64,000 nucleotides of DNA from Kofleriaceae bacterium (GCA_046597055.1 JBKJLC010000297.1:1-64000), one strand, 5' to 3'. Positions 49,364-62,593 are shown, counted from the first letter of the stretch. The notes: generated by a model from the sequence alone, not told the origin. A program made the numbers and translations.

Positions 49364-50626
49364 GTGCTCCCGTCGAGCATCCAGCCCACCATCGAACCTC
49401 CGAGCGACCGTCCCGCGCCCAGCGTCGCCACCCAGGCGCCGGTCGCCGAGGTCGCGGAGCGCCCCTACGACCTCCTGCTGCTCGGCACGGTCCTCGCGCT
49501 CCTCACGCTCGGCACGATCGAGATCTACGCCGCCACCGCCAGCCAGGCCGGCGCCCGCCGCGGCGACCCCGGCTTCTTCCTCGAGCGCCAGCTGGTGTTC
49601 CTCGTCCTCGGCGGCGTGGCCATGTGGCTCGGCGCGATCATGGACTACCGGGTGCTGCGCCGGCGCGCCTACCTCTTGCTGCTCGGCTCGCTGCTCGCGC
49701 TCGCCGCGACCCTGGCCATGCCGTCCCTCAACGGCGCCCGCCGCTGGCTCCTGGTCGGCCCGCTCTCGTTCCAGCCGGTGGAGATCGCCAAGCTCGCGCT
49801 GATCAGCTACCTCGCCTACTCGCTGTCCAAGAAGGCCGAGAAGGTGAAGACCTTCACGGTCGGCTTCGTGCCTCACCTGGTGGTGTGCTGCCTGATGATG
49901 GGCCTCTTGCTGCTGCAGCCCGATCTGGGCTCGTCGATCATCCTGGGCGCGACCACCCTGGTGATGCTGTTCGTCGCCGGCGCCCGCATCTCGTACATCG
50001 TCCTGGCGATGCTCGCGGGCGCGCCGATCGCCTACCAGCTCATCGTGGGCACCCCGTGGCGGCTCCGGCGCTTCATGGCCTACTTCAACCCCGAGGCCTT
50101 CGGCGACCGCGAGGCCTACCAGATGGTGCAGGCCCACGTATCGCTCGGCTCGGGCGGCGCCACCGGCGTGGGCCTGGGCAACTCGCGCCAGTCGCTCGGC
50201 TACATGCCCGAGGGCCACAACGACTTCATCCTGGCCCCGATCGGCGAGGAGCTCGGCTTCCTTGGCGTCGCCCTGGTGCTGGGCCTGTTCATGGTCCTCA
50301 TCTGGCGCGGCGTGCGCGCCGCCCTCGGCGCCCGCGATCCCTTCGGCGGCTACGTCGCCCTCGGCATCACGCTCATGTTCGGCCTCCAGGCCCTGCTCAA
50401 CGTCGGCGTCGTCCTGGGCGTGGTCCCCAACAAGGGCATCACCCTGCCGCTGGTCAGCTACGGCGGCACCTCGCTGATCGTCACCATGTTCCTGGTCGGC
50501 CTGATCCTCAACATCGGCCACCGCGCCGCCCCCGGCTCCCGCCGCCGCATCCTCGGCGGCCTTGGCGGCGCCCTGCGCAAGCCCCAGCGCGTCCGCGTCG
50601 TCGTCGGCCGCCCCGCCAACGCCTGA
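49364..50626 (+). CDS. ftsW: SEDS peptidoglycan glycosyltransferase FtsW
   Basis: NGARRW, FQPVEIAK, QPDLGS, PEGHNDFI, EELG, GITLPLVSYGGTS. Confidence 0.96.
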   Translation: MLPSSIQPTIEPPSDRPAPSVATQAPVAEVAERPYDLLLLGTVLALLTLGTIEIYAATASQAGARRGDPGFFLERQLVFLVLGGVAMWLGAIMDYRVLRRRAYLLLLGSLLALAATLAMPSLNGARRWLLVGPLSFQPVEIAKLALISYLAYSLSKKAEKVKTFTVGFVPHLVVCCLMMGLLLLQPDLGSSIILGATTLVMLFVAGARISYIVLAMLAGAPIAYQLIVGTPWRLRRFMAYFNPEAFGDREAYQMVQAHVSLGSGGATGVGLGNSRQSLGYMPEGHNDFILAPIGEELGFLGVALVLGLFMVLIWRGVRAALGARDPFGGYVALGITLMFGLQALLNVGVVLGVVPNKGITLPLVSYGGTSLIVTMFLVGLILNIGHRAAPGSRRRILGGLGGALRKPQRVRVVVGRPANA

Positions 50627-50693
50627 GCCCGGCGCCGGTTCGCGCCGGCGCTCCGCTGCGTCCGGCCAGCCGACGCGGTGGTACGTCCGACGC

Positions 50694-51500
50694 TCAGGTC
50701 GCGACGTCCCGCGCGGCCGCTACCGACGAACAGAACGCGGCGAGCAAGGCCTGCCCCTCGTCGCCCCCCTGCTCGTGCGCGATAGCCACCAGATCGGCGC
50801 CCAGCCCGTGCCGCCAGCCGGCGTCTTGGTGCCACCAATCAGCGGCACCCGTCGCCGCCGGGGGCGCGAACGGGAATGCACCACGAGACATCAAGACGAG
50901 GCTCGCCCCGGCATGAAGGGCAACCAGGAACTCCTGCCTCGCGGACGTGGGCGGTTCGAGCTCGGTCAGGTCAGACACCTCGCCGAGGAGCGGATCCCCC
51001 AATAGCCCCCACGATGTTTGGGTCAGGTCGACACCCATTCGCCGTAGTGCACCGAACCGGAGGTCTTCGGACAGAAGCCGAACCTCGCCATCACGAGCAA
51101 GCGCCACGCCATTGGGACCCGCGCGCCAGACGGCGAGGACGCCGGTGGCGAGTGCCACCACCGCCATCACGGACGGCGTGGCTCGCTCCAACAATACAGC
51201 CTCGAACTGCCGCCAGACTTCGGCTCGCAGCGACGCGAGCACCGCGCCAGCCTCGCGTTTCTCGTCCTCCAGGTCCAGGAGCTGGTCGACCGCGCGATCC
51301 AGAATGTCTCGAGCGCGGTGCTCAGCAACGCCTGCCGAAAGCGAGAGGGCCACAAGCAGCCGGCCGCGAGCACTGACCACCGTGGGCTGATGGAGATGCG
51401 TGAGCAGCCCCGGCACTGCCGGGACTCCCACATGGCCGAATCGAAACCCACCTTGGAGGCAGTGCCATGTGAAACCTGGCCTGCACGGCAGACTCGTCAT
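50694..51500 (-). CDS. Hypothetical protein, remote PP2C-like fold without catalytic Asp residues
   Basis: LAVWRAGPNGVALARDGEVRLLSED and ALHAGASLVLMSRG echo the PP2C GDSR and SDG motifs; codon usage is atypical. Confidence 0.45.
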   Translation of the reverse strand: MTSLPCRPGFTWHCLQGGFRFGHVGVPAVPGLLTHLHQPTVVSARGRLLVALSLSAGVAEHRARDILDRAVDQLLDLEDEKREAGAVLASLRAEVWRQFEAVLLERATPSVMAVVALATGVLAVWRAGPNGVALARDGEVRLLSEDLRFGALRRMGVDLTQTSWGLLGDPLLGEVSDLTELEPPTSARQEFLVALHAGASLVLMSRGAFPFAPPAATGAADWWHQDAGWRHGLGADLVAIAHEQGGDEGQALLAAFCSSVAAARDVAT

Positions 51501-51609
51501 TTGCTTCCTCCAGCTCGCCAGCGGAGAGCGACGCCCGGGGACGACCTCACCGGGAACCGCTGCGGCTGCAGCCGCGCCAGCTGAGGACGCCGCGGCCGAT
51601 CTGTTGTTC

Positions 51610-51666
51610 GTGAAACACGGTGAAACACCTCTGGACAGCGTGAAACATTCGATACCGAGCTGAAAC
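51610..51666. promoter_or_regulatory. Phased direct repeats TGAAAC x4 (putative regulator binding array)
   Basis: TGAAAC starts at 51611, 51621, 51641 and 51661 in the divergent intergenic region. Confidence 0.55.
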
Positions 51667-51735
51667 GATCACCGCCTGGGAATTCAACCACAACGGCAAC
51701 CTGCGGGCGGCACGACCAATGCAGTCAGGGTGTGA

Positions 51736-52155
51736 ATGGCACTCGCGTTTCTCACCCCGCTCGCGGGCGGGGCCCTCATCGGCGTCGCAGCCTCGCTGCT
51801 GCTGATCTCATCGGGCCGGGTCGCCGGCATCAGCGGCATCCTTGGTGAGCTGATCGGCGTCTCGGTCGACCGCGGGTGGCGCGCCGCGTTCGTGCTCGGG
51901 ATGCTGGTGACCGGGGTGATCGCCACGGTCCTGTGGCCGCAGGCGATCACCGCGTCGCCGGCGTCCGTGCCGGTGCTGGTGATCGCCGGCCTGCTGGTCG
52001 GGTTCGGCACCCGCCTCGGCGGCGGCTGCACCAGTGGCCATGGCGTGTGCGGGCTGTCGCGGCGGTCGCCGCGGGCGCTGGTCGCGACCCTGACGTTCAT
52101 GGCCGCCGGCGTCGCCACCGTGGCGATCGTCCGCGCGGTCGGAGGTGGCTCGTGA
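51736..52155 (+). CDS. YeeE/YedE family sulfur-compound transporter subunit
   Basis: [35 protein letters not shown]. Confidence 0.9.
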   Translation: MALAFLTPLAGGALIGVAASLLLISSGRVAGISGILGELIGVSVDRGWRAAFVLGMLVTGVIATVLWPQAITASPASVPVLVIAGLLVGFGTRLGGGCTSGHGVCGLSRRSPRALVATLTFMAAGVATVAIVRAVGGGS

Positions 52156-52604
52156 CGGCGGCCGGCTCGCCCGCGGTGCGGCTCGCGATCGCCGCGGTCG
52201 CGGGCGTGCTGTTCGCGCTCGGGCTCCTGCTCGCGGGCATGACCCAGCCGACCAAGGTGATCGGCTTCCTCGATATCACCGGCGACTGGGACCCGAGCCT
52301 GGCGTTCGTCATGATGGGCGCGATCGGCGTCCACCTGATCGCCTACTGGCTGATCCGCGGCCGCGCCGCGCCGCTGTTCGACGCGAAGTTCCACCTCCCG
52401 ACCCGCCGCGACCTCGACCGGCGCCTGATCGCGGGCGCCGCGATCTTCGGCGTCGGCTGGGGCCTCGCGGGCTACTGCCCGGGGCCCGCGGTGGTCTCGG
52501 TGGCAGCCGGCGGCCCGACCCTCGCGTTCTTCGCGGCGATGCTGGTCGGCATCGTCGCCCAGCGCGTGCTCGACCGGCCCACCGCCCGCGGCGAGGTCGT
52601 ATGA
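52152..52604 (+). CDS. YeeE/YedE (DUF6691-like) family membrane protein
   Basis: [38 protein letters not shown] overlap. Confidence 0.88.
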   Translation: MTAAGSPAVRLAIAAVAGVLFALGLLLAGMTQPTKVIGFLDITGDWDPSLAFVMMGAIGVHLIAYWLIRGRAAPLFDAKFHLPTRRDLDRRLIAGAAIFGVGWGLAGYCPGPAVVSVAAGGPTLAFFAAMLVGIVAQRVLDRPTARGEVV

Positions 52605-53500
52605 GCGCCACGCCCGCGATCGAAGCGTTCTTCGACCGGGTCACCTCGTCGGTGACGTACGTCGTCCATGCCGGCCACGACGCGGTCGTGATCGACCCGG
52701 TGCTCGACTACGACCCGCAGGCGTCACAGACGTCGACCGCGTCGGTCGAGGTGGTCGGCCACTTCCTGCGCGCGCGCGACCTGCAGCTCCACTACGTGCT
52801 CGAGACCCATCCTCACGCCGATCACCTGTCGGCCTCGCAGTGGCTCAAGCGCCGCCACGGGGCCCGGGTCGCGATCGGCGCCGGGATCCGCCACGTGCAG
52901 GCGGTGTTCGCCGACCTGCTCGACCTCGGCCCGGACTTCCGCACCGACGGCAGCCAGTTCGACCGGCTGCTGGTCGACGGCGAGGTCGTCACCGCCGGCG
53001 CGCTGGAGCTCGCGGTGCTGGCCACGCCCGGCCACACCCCGGCGTGCGTGTCGTACCGGATCGGCGACGCGATCTTCGTCGGCGACGCGCTGTTCTTGCC
53101 CGACTACGGCACCGCGCGCTGCGACTTCCCCAGCGGCGACGCCGACGTCCTCTACACGTCGATCCACGACCGGCTGTACACGCTGCCCGACGACACCCGC
53201 GTGTTCGTCGGCCACGACTACCAGCCCGGCGGCCGCGAAGTCGGCTGGATGACGACGATCGGCGCGTCGCGCCAGGGCAACGTGCAGCTGCACGCGGGCA
53301 CCGCCCGCGACGCGTTCGTGCGCCTGCGCCGCGACCGCGACCGAACGCTCGCCGCGCCCCGCCTGCTGTACCCGAGCATCCAGGTCAACGTGAACGCCGG
53401 GCTCCTGCCCGCGCCGGGCGCCGGCGGCCGCCGCTACCTGTCGATCCCGCTCAACCTGTCGCAGCCGACCGAGGACGACGGCAGCCCGGTGCGCCGTTGA
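52601..53500 (+). CDS. MBL-fold persulfide dioxygenase (ETHE1/Blh-like)
   Basis: [49 protein letters not shown]. Confidence 0.9.
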   Translation: MSATPAIEAFFDRVTSSVTYVVHAGHDAVVIDPVLDYDPQASQTSTASVEVVGHFLRARDLQLHYVLETHPHADHLSASQWLKRRHGARVAIGAGIRHVQAVFADLLDLGPDFRTDGSQFDRLLVDGEVVTAGALELAVLATPGHTPACVSYRIGDAIFVGDALFLPDYGTARCDFPSGDADVLYTSIHDRLYTLPDDTRVFVGHDYQPGGREVGWMTTIGASRQGNVQLHAGTARDAFVRLRRDRDRTLAAPRLLYPSIQVNVNAGLLPAPGAGGRRYLSIPLNLSQPTEDDGSPVRR

Positions 53501-54240
53501 CCGCCGTGGTGCTCGCGCTCGCGGTCCTGGTCGGCATCGCCCTCGGCCTGCTCGGCGGCGGCGGCTCGATCCTGACCATCCCGATCCTGACCTACGTGGC
53601 CGGGCTCGAGGCCAAGGTTGCGATCGCGACCTCGCTGTTCGTGGTCGCGGTCACCAGCAGCGTCGGCGCGGCCTCGCACGCGCGCGCCGGCCGGGTCCGC
53701 TGGCGCACCGGCCTGATGTTCGGCGCCGGCGGCATGGCCGGCGCCCACGCCGGCGGTCGCCTGGCGGGGTACCTGCCCGCCGACCTGCTGCTGAGCCTGT
53801 TCGCGGTCATGATGGCGGTCAGCGCGATCGCGATGCTGCGCGGCCGGCGCGCGATGGTCACGACCCTCACCGGCGATCGGCCTGGCCTCAAGCTGGTACT
53901 GCAGGGAAGTGCGGTCGGCGTGGTCACCGGCCTGGTCGGCGCCGGCGGTGGATTCGTGATCGTCCCGGCGCTGGTCATCCTGGGGCGGCTGCCCATGAAG
54001 GACGCGGTCGGGACCTCGCTGCTCGTGATCGCGATGAACGCTGTCTCCGGCCTCACCGGCTACCTCGGCCACGTCGACATCGACTGGCCGCTGGCGCTCT
54101 CGGTCACCGCGGCCGCGGTCGCCGGCAGCCTGGTCGGCACCCGCCTGGCCAGCCGGGTGCCGCAGGAGTCGCTGCGCCTCGGGTTCGGCTGGTTCGTGAT
54201 GGCGATGGCGGCGTTCATCCTCATCAAGCAGCTGGCCTGA
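53497..54240 (+). CDS. Sulfite exporter TauE/SafE family protein
   Basis: GLLGGGGSILTIP, AIATSL, GLVGAGGGFVIVP, AVGTSL; TTGA overlap. Confidence 0.9.
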   Translation: MTAVVLALAVLVGIALGLLGGGGSILTIPILTYVAGLEAKVAIATSLFVVAVTSSVGAASHARAGRVRWRTGLMFGAGGMAGAHAGGRLAGYLPADLLLSLFAVMMAVSAIAMLRGRRAMVTTLTGDRPGLKLVLQGSAVGVVTGLVGAGGGFVIVPALVILGRLPMKDAVGTSLLVIAMNAVSGLTGYLGHVDIDWPLALSVTAAAVAGSLVGTRLASRVPQESLRLGFGWFVMAMAAFILIKQLA

Positions 54241-54354
54241 CCGGCGACGCCCCGGCGGGTCCCCGAAGGCGCCCCGACGGCGCCGGCGAGGGCGGTCGTT
54301 GACAAGGCTGGCGACCGAGGCGGAGACTGCGCGTCCCCGCCTCGAGGTCACTCC

Positions 54355-54930
54355 ATGCATCATCGCATCGCCGCTGTCGCGCTCTCGTTCGTTGCCGTGG
54401 TCGGCTGTGACGCCGGCCCCAAGCCCACTCCGATCGGGACCGGGAAGGTGGCCGCAGCCGCCCCCGCCGCCTCGACCGCGCCGACCACGACCCCGGGCGT
54501 GCCGGCCCCGACTGCGGCGACCGGCGCGCGCTTCGGCGCTGGCGTCACGCTGGCCACCTCGATGCCGATCGACCTGCTGCTCGCCGATCCCAAGGCGCAC
54601 GTCGGCAAGTCGGTGCGGGTCGAGGGCCTGATCGTCGACGTGTGCCCCAAGCGGGGCTGCTGGATGGACCTCGCGGGCGCCGGCCCCGGCCAGAAGCTGC
54701 GCTTCAAGGTCACCGACGGCGACATGGTGTTTCCGGTCGACGCCAAGGGCAAGTACGCGGTCGTCGAGGGCGTGGTCGCGGTCAACGAGCTCACGCTCGA
54801 GCAGACCAAGGAGTACGTCGCGTACCAGGCCCGCGAGTACGGCGCCGCGATGGATCCCGCCGCGGTGACCGCTCCGATGTCGATCGTGCGGCTCGACGGG
54901 ACCGGCGCGATGCTGCGCGACGCGCGCTAG
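54355..54930 (+). CDS. DUF4920-like lipoprotein
   Basis: Lipobox VVGC; VRVEG.IVDVCPKRGCWMDL OB-fold motif. Confidence 0.75.
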   Translation: MHHRIAAVALSFVAVVGCDAGPKPTPIGTGKVAAAAPAASTAPTTTPGVPAPTAATGARFGAGVTLATSMPIDLLLADPKAHVGKSVRVEGLIVDVCPKRGCWMDLAGAGPGQKLRFKVTDGDMVFPVDAKGKYAVVEGVVAVNELTLEQTKEYVAYQAREYGAAMDPAAVTAPMSIVRLDGTGAMLRDAR

Positions 54931-54932
54931 CG

Positions 54933-55490
54933 ATGGCCTGGCGGAAGTGGTTCCGCGCCCTGCACCGGGATGTCGGGTACCTGGCGGTCGCGCTGACCCT
55001 GGCGTACGGGCTCTCCGGCGTGGCGGTGAACCACATCGAGGACTGGAACCCGAACTACCGCTTCGAGCAGACGTCGTTCGAGCTGGGACCGCTGCCGGCC
55101 GGCCCGCCCGACGCGCAGGCCGCGCACGTGGTCGCGCAGCTGCGGCTCGATCCGGCCGCGGTGCGCGGCCACTTCCTCGAGACCGATACCCAGCTCCGGG
55201 TCTTCCTCGATCAGGGCCAGGAGGTCCGGCTCGACGTCCGCACCGGCCGCGGCCAGCGCAAGAGCATCACCACGCGCGCGGTGCTGTTCGAGGTCAACAG
55301 CCTGCACCTCAACAACCTCAAGGGCGTCTGGACCTACGTCGCCGACGTGTTCGCGCTGGCGCTGATGTTCCTCGCGGTCACCGGGGTCACCATGATGAAG
55401 GGCGATCGCGGCATCACCGGGCGCGGCAAGTGGTTCGTCGGCGCGGGCCTCGCGATCCCCATCGGCTTCATCGTCTACCTGTATCAGTGA
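54933..55490 (+). CDS. PepSY-associated TM-helix protein
   Basis: RALHRDVGYL...SGVAVNH, NSLHLN, W.YVADVFA...TG. Confidence 0.8.
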   Translation: MAWRKWFRALHRDVGYLAVALTLAYGLSGVAVNHIEDWNPNYRFEQTSFELGPLPAGPPDAQAAHVVAQLRLDPAAVRGHFLETDTQLRVFLDQGQEVRLDVRTGRGQRKSITTRAVLFEVNSLHLNNLKGVWTYVADVFALALMFLAVTGVTMMKGDRGITGRGKWFVGAGLAIPIGFIVYLYQ

Positions 55491-55511
55491 CAGTGACGGG
55501 CGCCGCTGCGC

Positions 55512-56720
55512 TCAAGGGGTCACGACGACCCGGGTGGCGCTGCGGCGCATGTCGACGTCGTGGGTAAAATACGACGCCATGTCGATGGCGAGCTCTGGAT
55601 GCGTGCGCGCCCACGTCCAGTCGCGGTCCTTGGCATGGTCGAGCAAGATCGTCTCGGGGCCGACCTCGGCCGCGAGACCGGTCGGCAGGGTGAGCTGGCC
55701 GCGGCCCGGATCGGCCAGGAGGGTCCAGCGTCGCCCCGCGTTCACCGTGACCACGGTCGCCGCGGTCCCGGTCGGGATCGTCCAGCGGATGACACCAGCC
55801 TCGTTCACCGCCGTGATCGGCGGCAGGAAGGCGACGTCGTACTCGAGGCCCGGCGTGGCAAACGCCTCCGCCGGCCGCGACCAGCGCGCCCAGCGCCGCC
55901 CGGCGAAGACCCACTGGGTGATCACGACGTCGAAGCCAGGGACGTAGTCGACGTCCACGGTCGCGCGGCCGTCCACGGCGGGCACGGCGGCCTCCGCGCG
56001 GTCGAGACCGACGCTGTGGCCCCCGTGGCGGGCGCGGCGCGTGGACACCAGACGGCGAGCCAGTGGGGGGACGCCGACCAGCGTGGTCGTCGCGCGCGGC
56101 ACCGGCATCCAGGGGCCGCCGACGGTGACGCTCCCACCCACCACCAGCTCTCCCGGCGAAACGCTGTACACCCGCGCGAGATCGTGGACCGCCAGCACCG
56201 GCCCCGGACACGGCGAGGTGCTCACGCGATGCGGGTGGCGGTGGCTGGTCGCGTCGGCCTGCGATGCGCCACCGCCGCACGCGCTGGTCGTGAAGATCCG
56301 CCCGCCGGCGGGTGCCCCGGTGACGTTCACGTCGACGAGCCCGGCCAGCGGCGACACCGCCTCGCGCCCGGGCCCGGTGAAGTCGACCCGATCGCCATCC
56401 CGCACTCCGACCACGGTCGTCCAGACGAAGCCGGTCCCGAACGGTCGGACCTCCGTGACCGAGCCGTCGTCGGGCAGCATGACGGTGGTCGCGCCGTCGG
56501 CATCGGCCAACAACTCGGTCAGCGGGCGCCCGGCAGCATCGTGCAGCGCGAGCGTGGTGCCGCGCAGGTTGGTGAGCACGGTCGCCGTGACCTCCGGCTC
56601 GGCGCCGGCATCAATCACGAGCGGTTCGCGTCCATCAGGGACGTCCGGCGCAGCTCCCTCGGGACACCCGGCGAGCGCGAGCATGGACAGCAGGGGCACG
56701 AACCGAGCGCGGGACAACAT
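55512..56720 (-). CDS. Hypothetical lipoprotein
   Basis: MLSRARFVPLLSMLALAGC lipobox; beta-rich body; CAACGT lies 6 nt upstream. Confidence 0.6.
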   Translation of the reverse strand: MLSRARFVPLLSMLALAGCPEGAAPDVPDGREPLVIDAGAEPEVTATVLTNLRGTTLALHDAAGRPLTELLADADGATTVMLPDDGSVTEVRPFGTGFVWTTVVGVRDGDRVDFTGPGREAVSPLAGLVDVNVTGAPAGGRIFTTSACGGGASQADATSHRHPHRVSTSPCPGPVLAVHDLARVYSVSPGELVVGGSVTVGGPWMPVPRATTTLVGVPPLARRLVSTRRARHGGHSVGLDRAEAAVPAVDGRATVDVDYVPGFDVVITQWVFAGRRWARWSRPAEAFATPGLEYDVAFLPPITAVNEAGVIRWTIPTGTAATVVTVNAGRRWTLLADPGRGQLTLPTGLAAEVGPETILLDHAKDRDWTWARTHPELAIDMASYFTHDVDMRRSATRVVVTP

Positions 56721-56921
56721 CGGCTCACGTTGCGGCCGGCGCGGTCCGCGCGCACCTCGAAACTGTGGCATCGGGCGGCGGGTCGCGGCGCTGCGTGCCG
56801 TCCCCACGGACCGACCTCGCAGCCCGGCGGTGGGCGCGGCCCGACCGACCGCCGCGCGGGTGGCGCCGACCGCCCCGCCAGAAACAAGCGTCGCCGTCGC
56901 AGCTGCGCTAGCGTGCGGGCC

Positions 56922-58009
56922 ATGCGACTGCTCATCGCCGGCGGTGGAACGGGCGGGCACCTGTTCCCGGGTGTGGCGATCGCCGAGGAGCTGCGGGCGC
57001 GCGATCCGGCGGCGACGGTGCGCTTCGTCGGCACCGAGCGAGGCATCGAGGCGCGGGTGCTGCCCGAGCTGGGCTGGGACCTGACGCTCATCCGGGTCTC
57101 GGGGCTGAAGACCGTCGGCGCGCTGGGCGCGGTGCGCGGCCTGTTCAAGCTGCCGCGCGCGCTGTGGCAGGCGCGGCGGGTGGTCAAGGAGTTCCGCCCC
57201 GACGTCGTGATCGGCGTCGGCGGCTACGCTTCGGGCCCGGTGGTGCTGATGGCGCGCCTGATGGGCCGGCCCACCGCGATCTGCGAGCAGAACTCGATCC
57301 CGGGCGTGACCAACAAGATCCTCGGCAAGGTCGCGCGCACGGTGTTCCTGTCGTTCGACGAGAGCCGCCGGTTCTTCGCGGCGGAGAAGGTCGTGATGAG
57401 CGGCAACCCGGTGCGCCGCGAGCTCGCGCGCAAGCTGCTCGCCGCCGGCGCCGCGCCGCGCCCCACCGCGGACGCACGCTCGGTGCTGGTGGTCGGCGGC
57501 TCGCAGGGTGCGGTCGCGGTCAACGCGCTGGCGGCCGCCGCGCTGGCCACGCTGGCGAAGACCCGCACGCTCCGCATCGTGCACCAGACCGGCGCCGCGG
57601 ACCTCGACGCGACCGCGGCCCGCTACACCGCCGCCGGGGTCACCGCCGACTGTCGCGCCTTCATCAAGGACATGGCGACCGCGTACCAGGATGCCGACGT
57701 GATCATCGGCCGCGCCGGCGCGACCACGGTCGCCGAGCTCGCGATCGCGGGCAAGCCAGCGATCTTCATCCCCTACCCGTTCGCGGCCGACAACCACCAG
57801 GAGCTCAACGCGCGCGAGATGGTGACCGCCGGGGCCGCGCTGTCGTTCCGCCAGGCCGAGCTCACCGCCGCCGGGCTGGCCGCCGCGCTGGCGCCGCTCC
57901 TCGACGACGACGCCACCCGGGTCAGAATGGGTGAGGCCATGCGGGCGCTGGCGCGCCCGACCGCCGCCGCCACCGTGATCGACTGGTGCCAGCAACAGAC
58001 GGAGCGACC

Positions 58010-58013
<4 letters not shown>
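56922..58013 (+). CDS. murG: Lipid II GlcNAc transferase
   Basis: GGGTGGHLFP, GGYASGP, EQN..PG.TN, GNPVR, GGSQGA, RAGATT, HQELNA; TAGCGT lies 7 nt upstream. Confidence 0.97.
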
Positions 58014-59341
<1,328 letters not shown>

Positions 59342-59345
59342 TCCG

Positions 59346-60032
59346 ATGACCGATGGCCTCGGGCCGGTCGCACCGGGTTGCTGGGCGGCGGTCGCCGACA
59401 CCTTCCTCGACGAGTACTTCGCAGCGACGGTCAAGCCGCATCCGCCGTCACCGGCGCTGCTGCAGCGCTATCGCGACGCCAGCGGATCCGAGCTGGTCGA
59501 GCTCGCCGACCTGCTGGCCCATCCGCACCGCCGGCTGCTCGTCGCGACGCTGTACCGCCATACCGCCTACCTGCCTGGGCCGCTGGTGGAGCCGATGCTC
59601 GCCGCCGGGATCGAGGAGCCTGATCCCAGCTTCAACCGCGGCTATCTCGACCCGTGCCTCGACGTGCTGGGTGCGCCCGTGGTGCTCGAACGGCTGCTCG
59701 ACGAGGTCGAGCACGGCGCGCACCCGGTGGGGGCCGCGCAGGCGCTCTACTGGGCGTGGGTGCGGGCCGCGCGCGACGGCGTCGACGTGTCCGCCTTGCG
59801 CCAACGCTCGCGCGTCCTCGTGCTCACCACCTTCGTCGAGCGCGACGACCTGCGCCTGCGCCGCATCCTCGTGGGGCGGCTGGAGCTCCACGATCCGGAG
59901 GTCTATCCACCGGCGCTGCGTCCGATGCTCGGCCGCGCGCTCGCGATCGGACGGGCGTGCGAGGACGCGGACGTCCGGGCCCGCATCGAGCTCCAGGCCG
60001 GGAACCTCGCCGGCCTCCGCACGCCTCGTTGA
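59346..60032 (+). CDS. Hypothetical helical protein
   Basis: 228-aa ORF starting 4 nt after pfp with normal codon bias; contains EPDPSFNR and AQALYW. Confidence 0.6.
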   Translation: MTDGLGPVAPGCWAAVADTFLDEYFAATVKPHPPSPALLQRYRDASGSELVELADLLAHPHRRLLVATLYRHTAYLPGPLVEPMLAAGIEEPDPSFNRGYLDPCLDVLGAPVVLERLLDEVEHGAHPVGAAQALYWAWVRAARDGVDVSALRQRSRVLVLTTFVERDDLRLRRILVGRLELHDPEVYPPALRPMLGRALAIGRACEDADVRARIELQAGNLAGLRTPR

Positions 60033-60057
60033 GGTCGAGCGGCGCCGCGCGCTGCCG

Positions 60058-60774
60058 TCAGTCACCGAAGCTGGACGCGCCGTCCCAGCGCATCGGCGCC
60101 TGCAGGTCCACGCCCTCGGCGCGCAGGCGCGGCGCATGGTCGGGCGCGATGCGGCGGAGGTCGGCCGGCACCACCCGATGGACCGGCAGCGCCGACCCGG
60201 TGGCCAGCTGGCGGAGCAAGGGCGGGAACGCGCGACAGTACGAACGCTGGACGCCGACCACCGTGGCCAGCTGCGCGTACGTGAGGATCTGCCCGGGCGG
60301 TACCTGCGCGATCACCGCGGCGACCCGGGCCTGCCAGCGCTCGGCCAGCGGCGGCTGGCGGTCGGGCTCGACCTCGACCGCGGCGCCGGGGACCAGCCGG
60401 CCGGAGGTGACGACCCGGGCCAGCCGGCCGCGGGTGGCCCGGACCTCTCGTGCCAGGCCCGGTCGCACCCGCTCGAGCAGCGCGCACGACTCGCACGCCA
60501 GCGTGATGCGCAGGCGCACGTCGCCCGTGCGCAGCACGGTGCCCGACGGCAGCGCGTCGACGTCGCCCTCGACCACGAGATTGCCGCGCAGATCGCCGGC
60601 GGCCAGCCGCGCCGTCGCGACCACGGCGGCGCTCACCAGCAGCACCTGGCGCGGGCTCGCCGGGTCCTGGTTGCAGTCGTGGTCGAGCCCGAGCCCCGCC
60701 CGGGCCTCGGCGCTCGCCACCGTCTGCATCGGGCAGCGGTGCGCGGGCTTCAGGTGAATCGATCGAATCCGCAT
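60058..60774 (-). CDS. MOSC domain + alkyltransferase-like (Atl/MGMT DNA-binding) fusion
   Basis: N-terminal RQVLL...LRGNLVVEG...CESC...RG.LARV...G; C-terminal VPPGQILTYAQLA...LPVHRVV...LRAEGV. Confidence 0.75.
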   Translation of the reverse strand: MRIRSIHLKPAHRCPMQTVASAEARAGLGLDHDCNQDPASPRQVLLVSAAVVATARLAAGDLRGNLVVEGDVDALPSGTVLRTGDVRLRITLACESCALLERVRPGLAREVRATRGRLARVVTSGRLVPGAAVEVEPDRQPPLAERWQARVAAVIAQVPPGQILTYAQLATVVGVQRSYCRAFPPLLRQLATGSALPVHRVVPADLRRIAPDHAPRLRAEGVDLQAPMRWDGASSFGD

Positions 60775-61108
60775 CGCGACACCGACCGGAGGCGGCCCGC
60801 GATCCGTAGCAGGTCTGGCGGCTGCGCCGAGCCATCCCGTCGGCGCCCGCGCGGCACATGCGGCGCACCGCACCGGCGCTGACCGCCGCGGGCGCAAGCC
60901 GGATGCGGAGTGGTCCCACCGGTCGGCACGGGGACCGCGCGGCGCGGCCTGCTTCCTGACGCCGGTTCGAGGCCCGCCCCGCGCGCGGCAATAACGTCGG
61001 GGGTGTAGGCGTTGATCTGACGTGGCCCAAGCAGCTGGAACAACTCGTCTGGCCCCGTCACATCCGGAGCCCGCGCGGCGCTCTGGGTTTGATATGAAGG
61101 CCCCCGCG

Positions 61109-62527
<1,419 letters not shown>

Positions 62528-62593
62528 TCCGATGTGGGATCCGCGCCCCAGCTCCGCTCGGACTCGGATGGGTCGGGCCTCCGGCCTGGACGG

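Noticed and set aside
51602..51617. parS site (TGTTGTTCGTGAAACA)
   Set aside because: It matches only 13/16 of TGTTTCACGTGAAACA and is not palindromic; it is better explained as one of the direct TGAAAC repeats.
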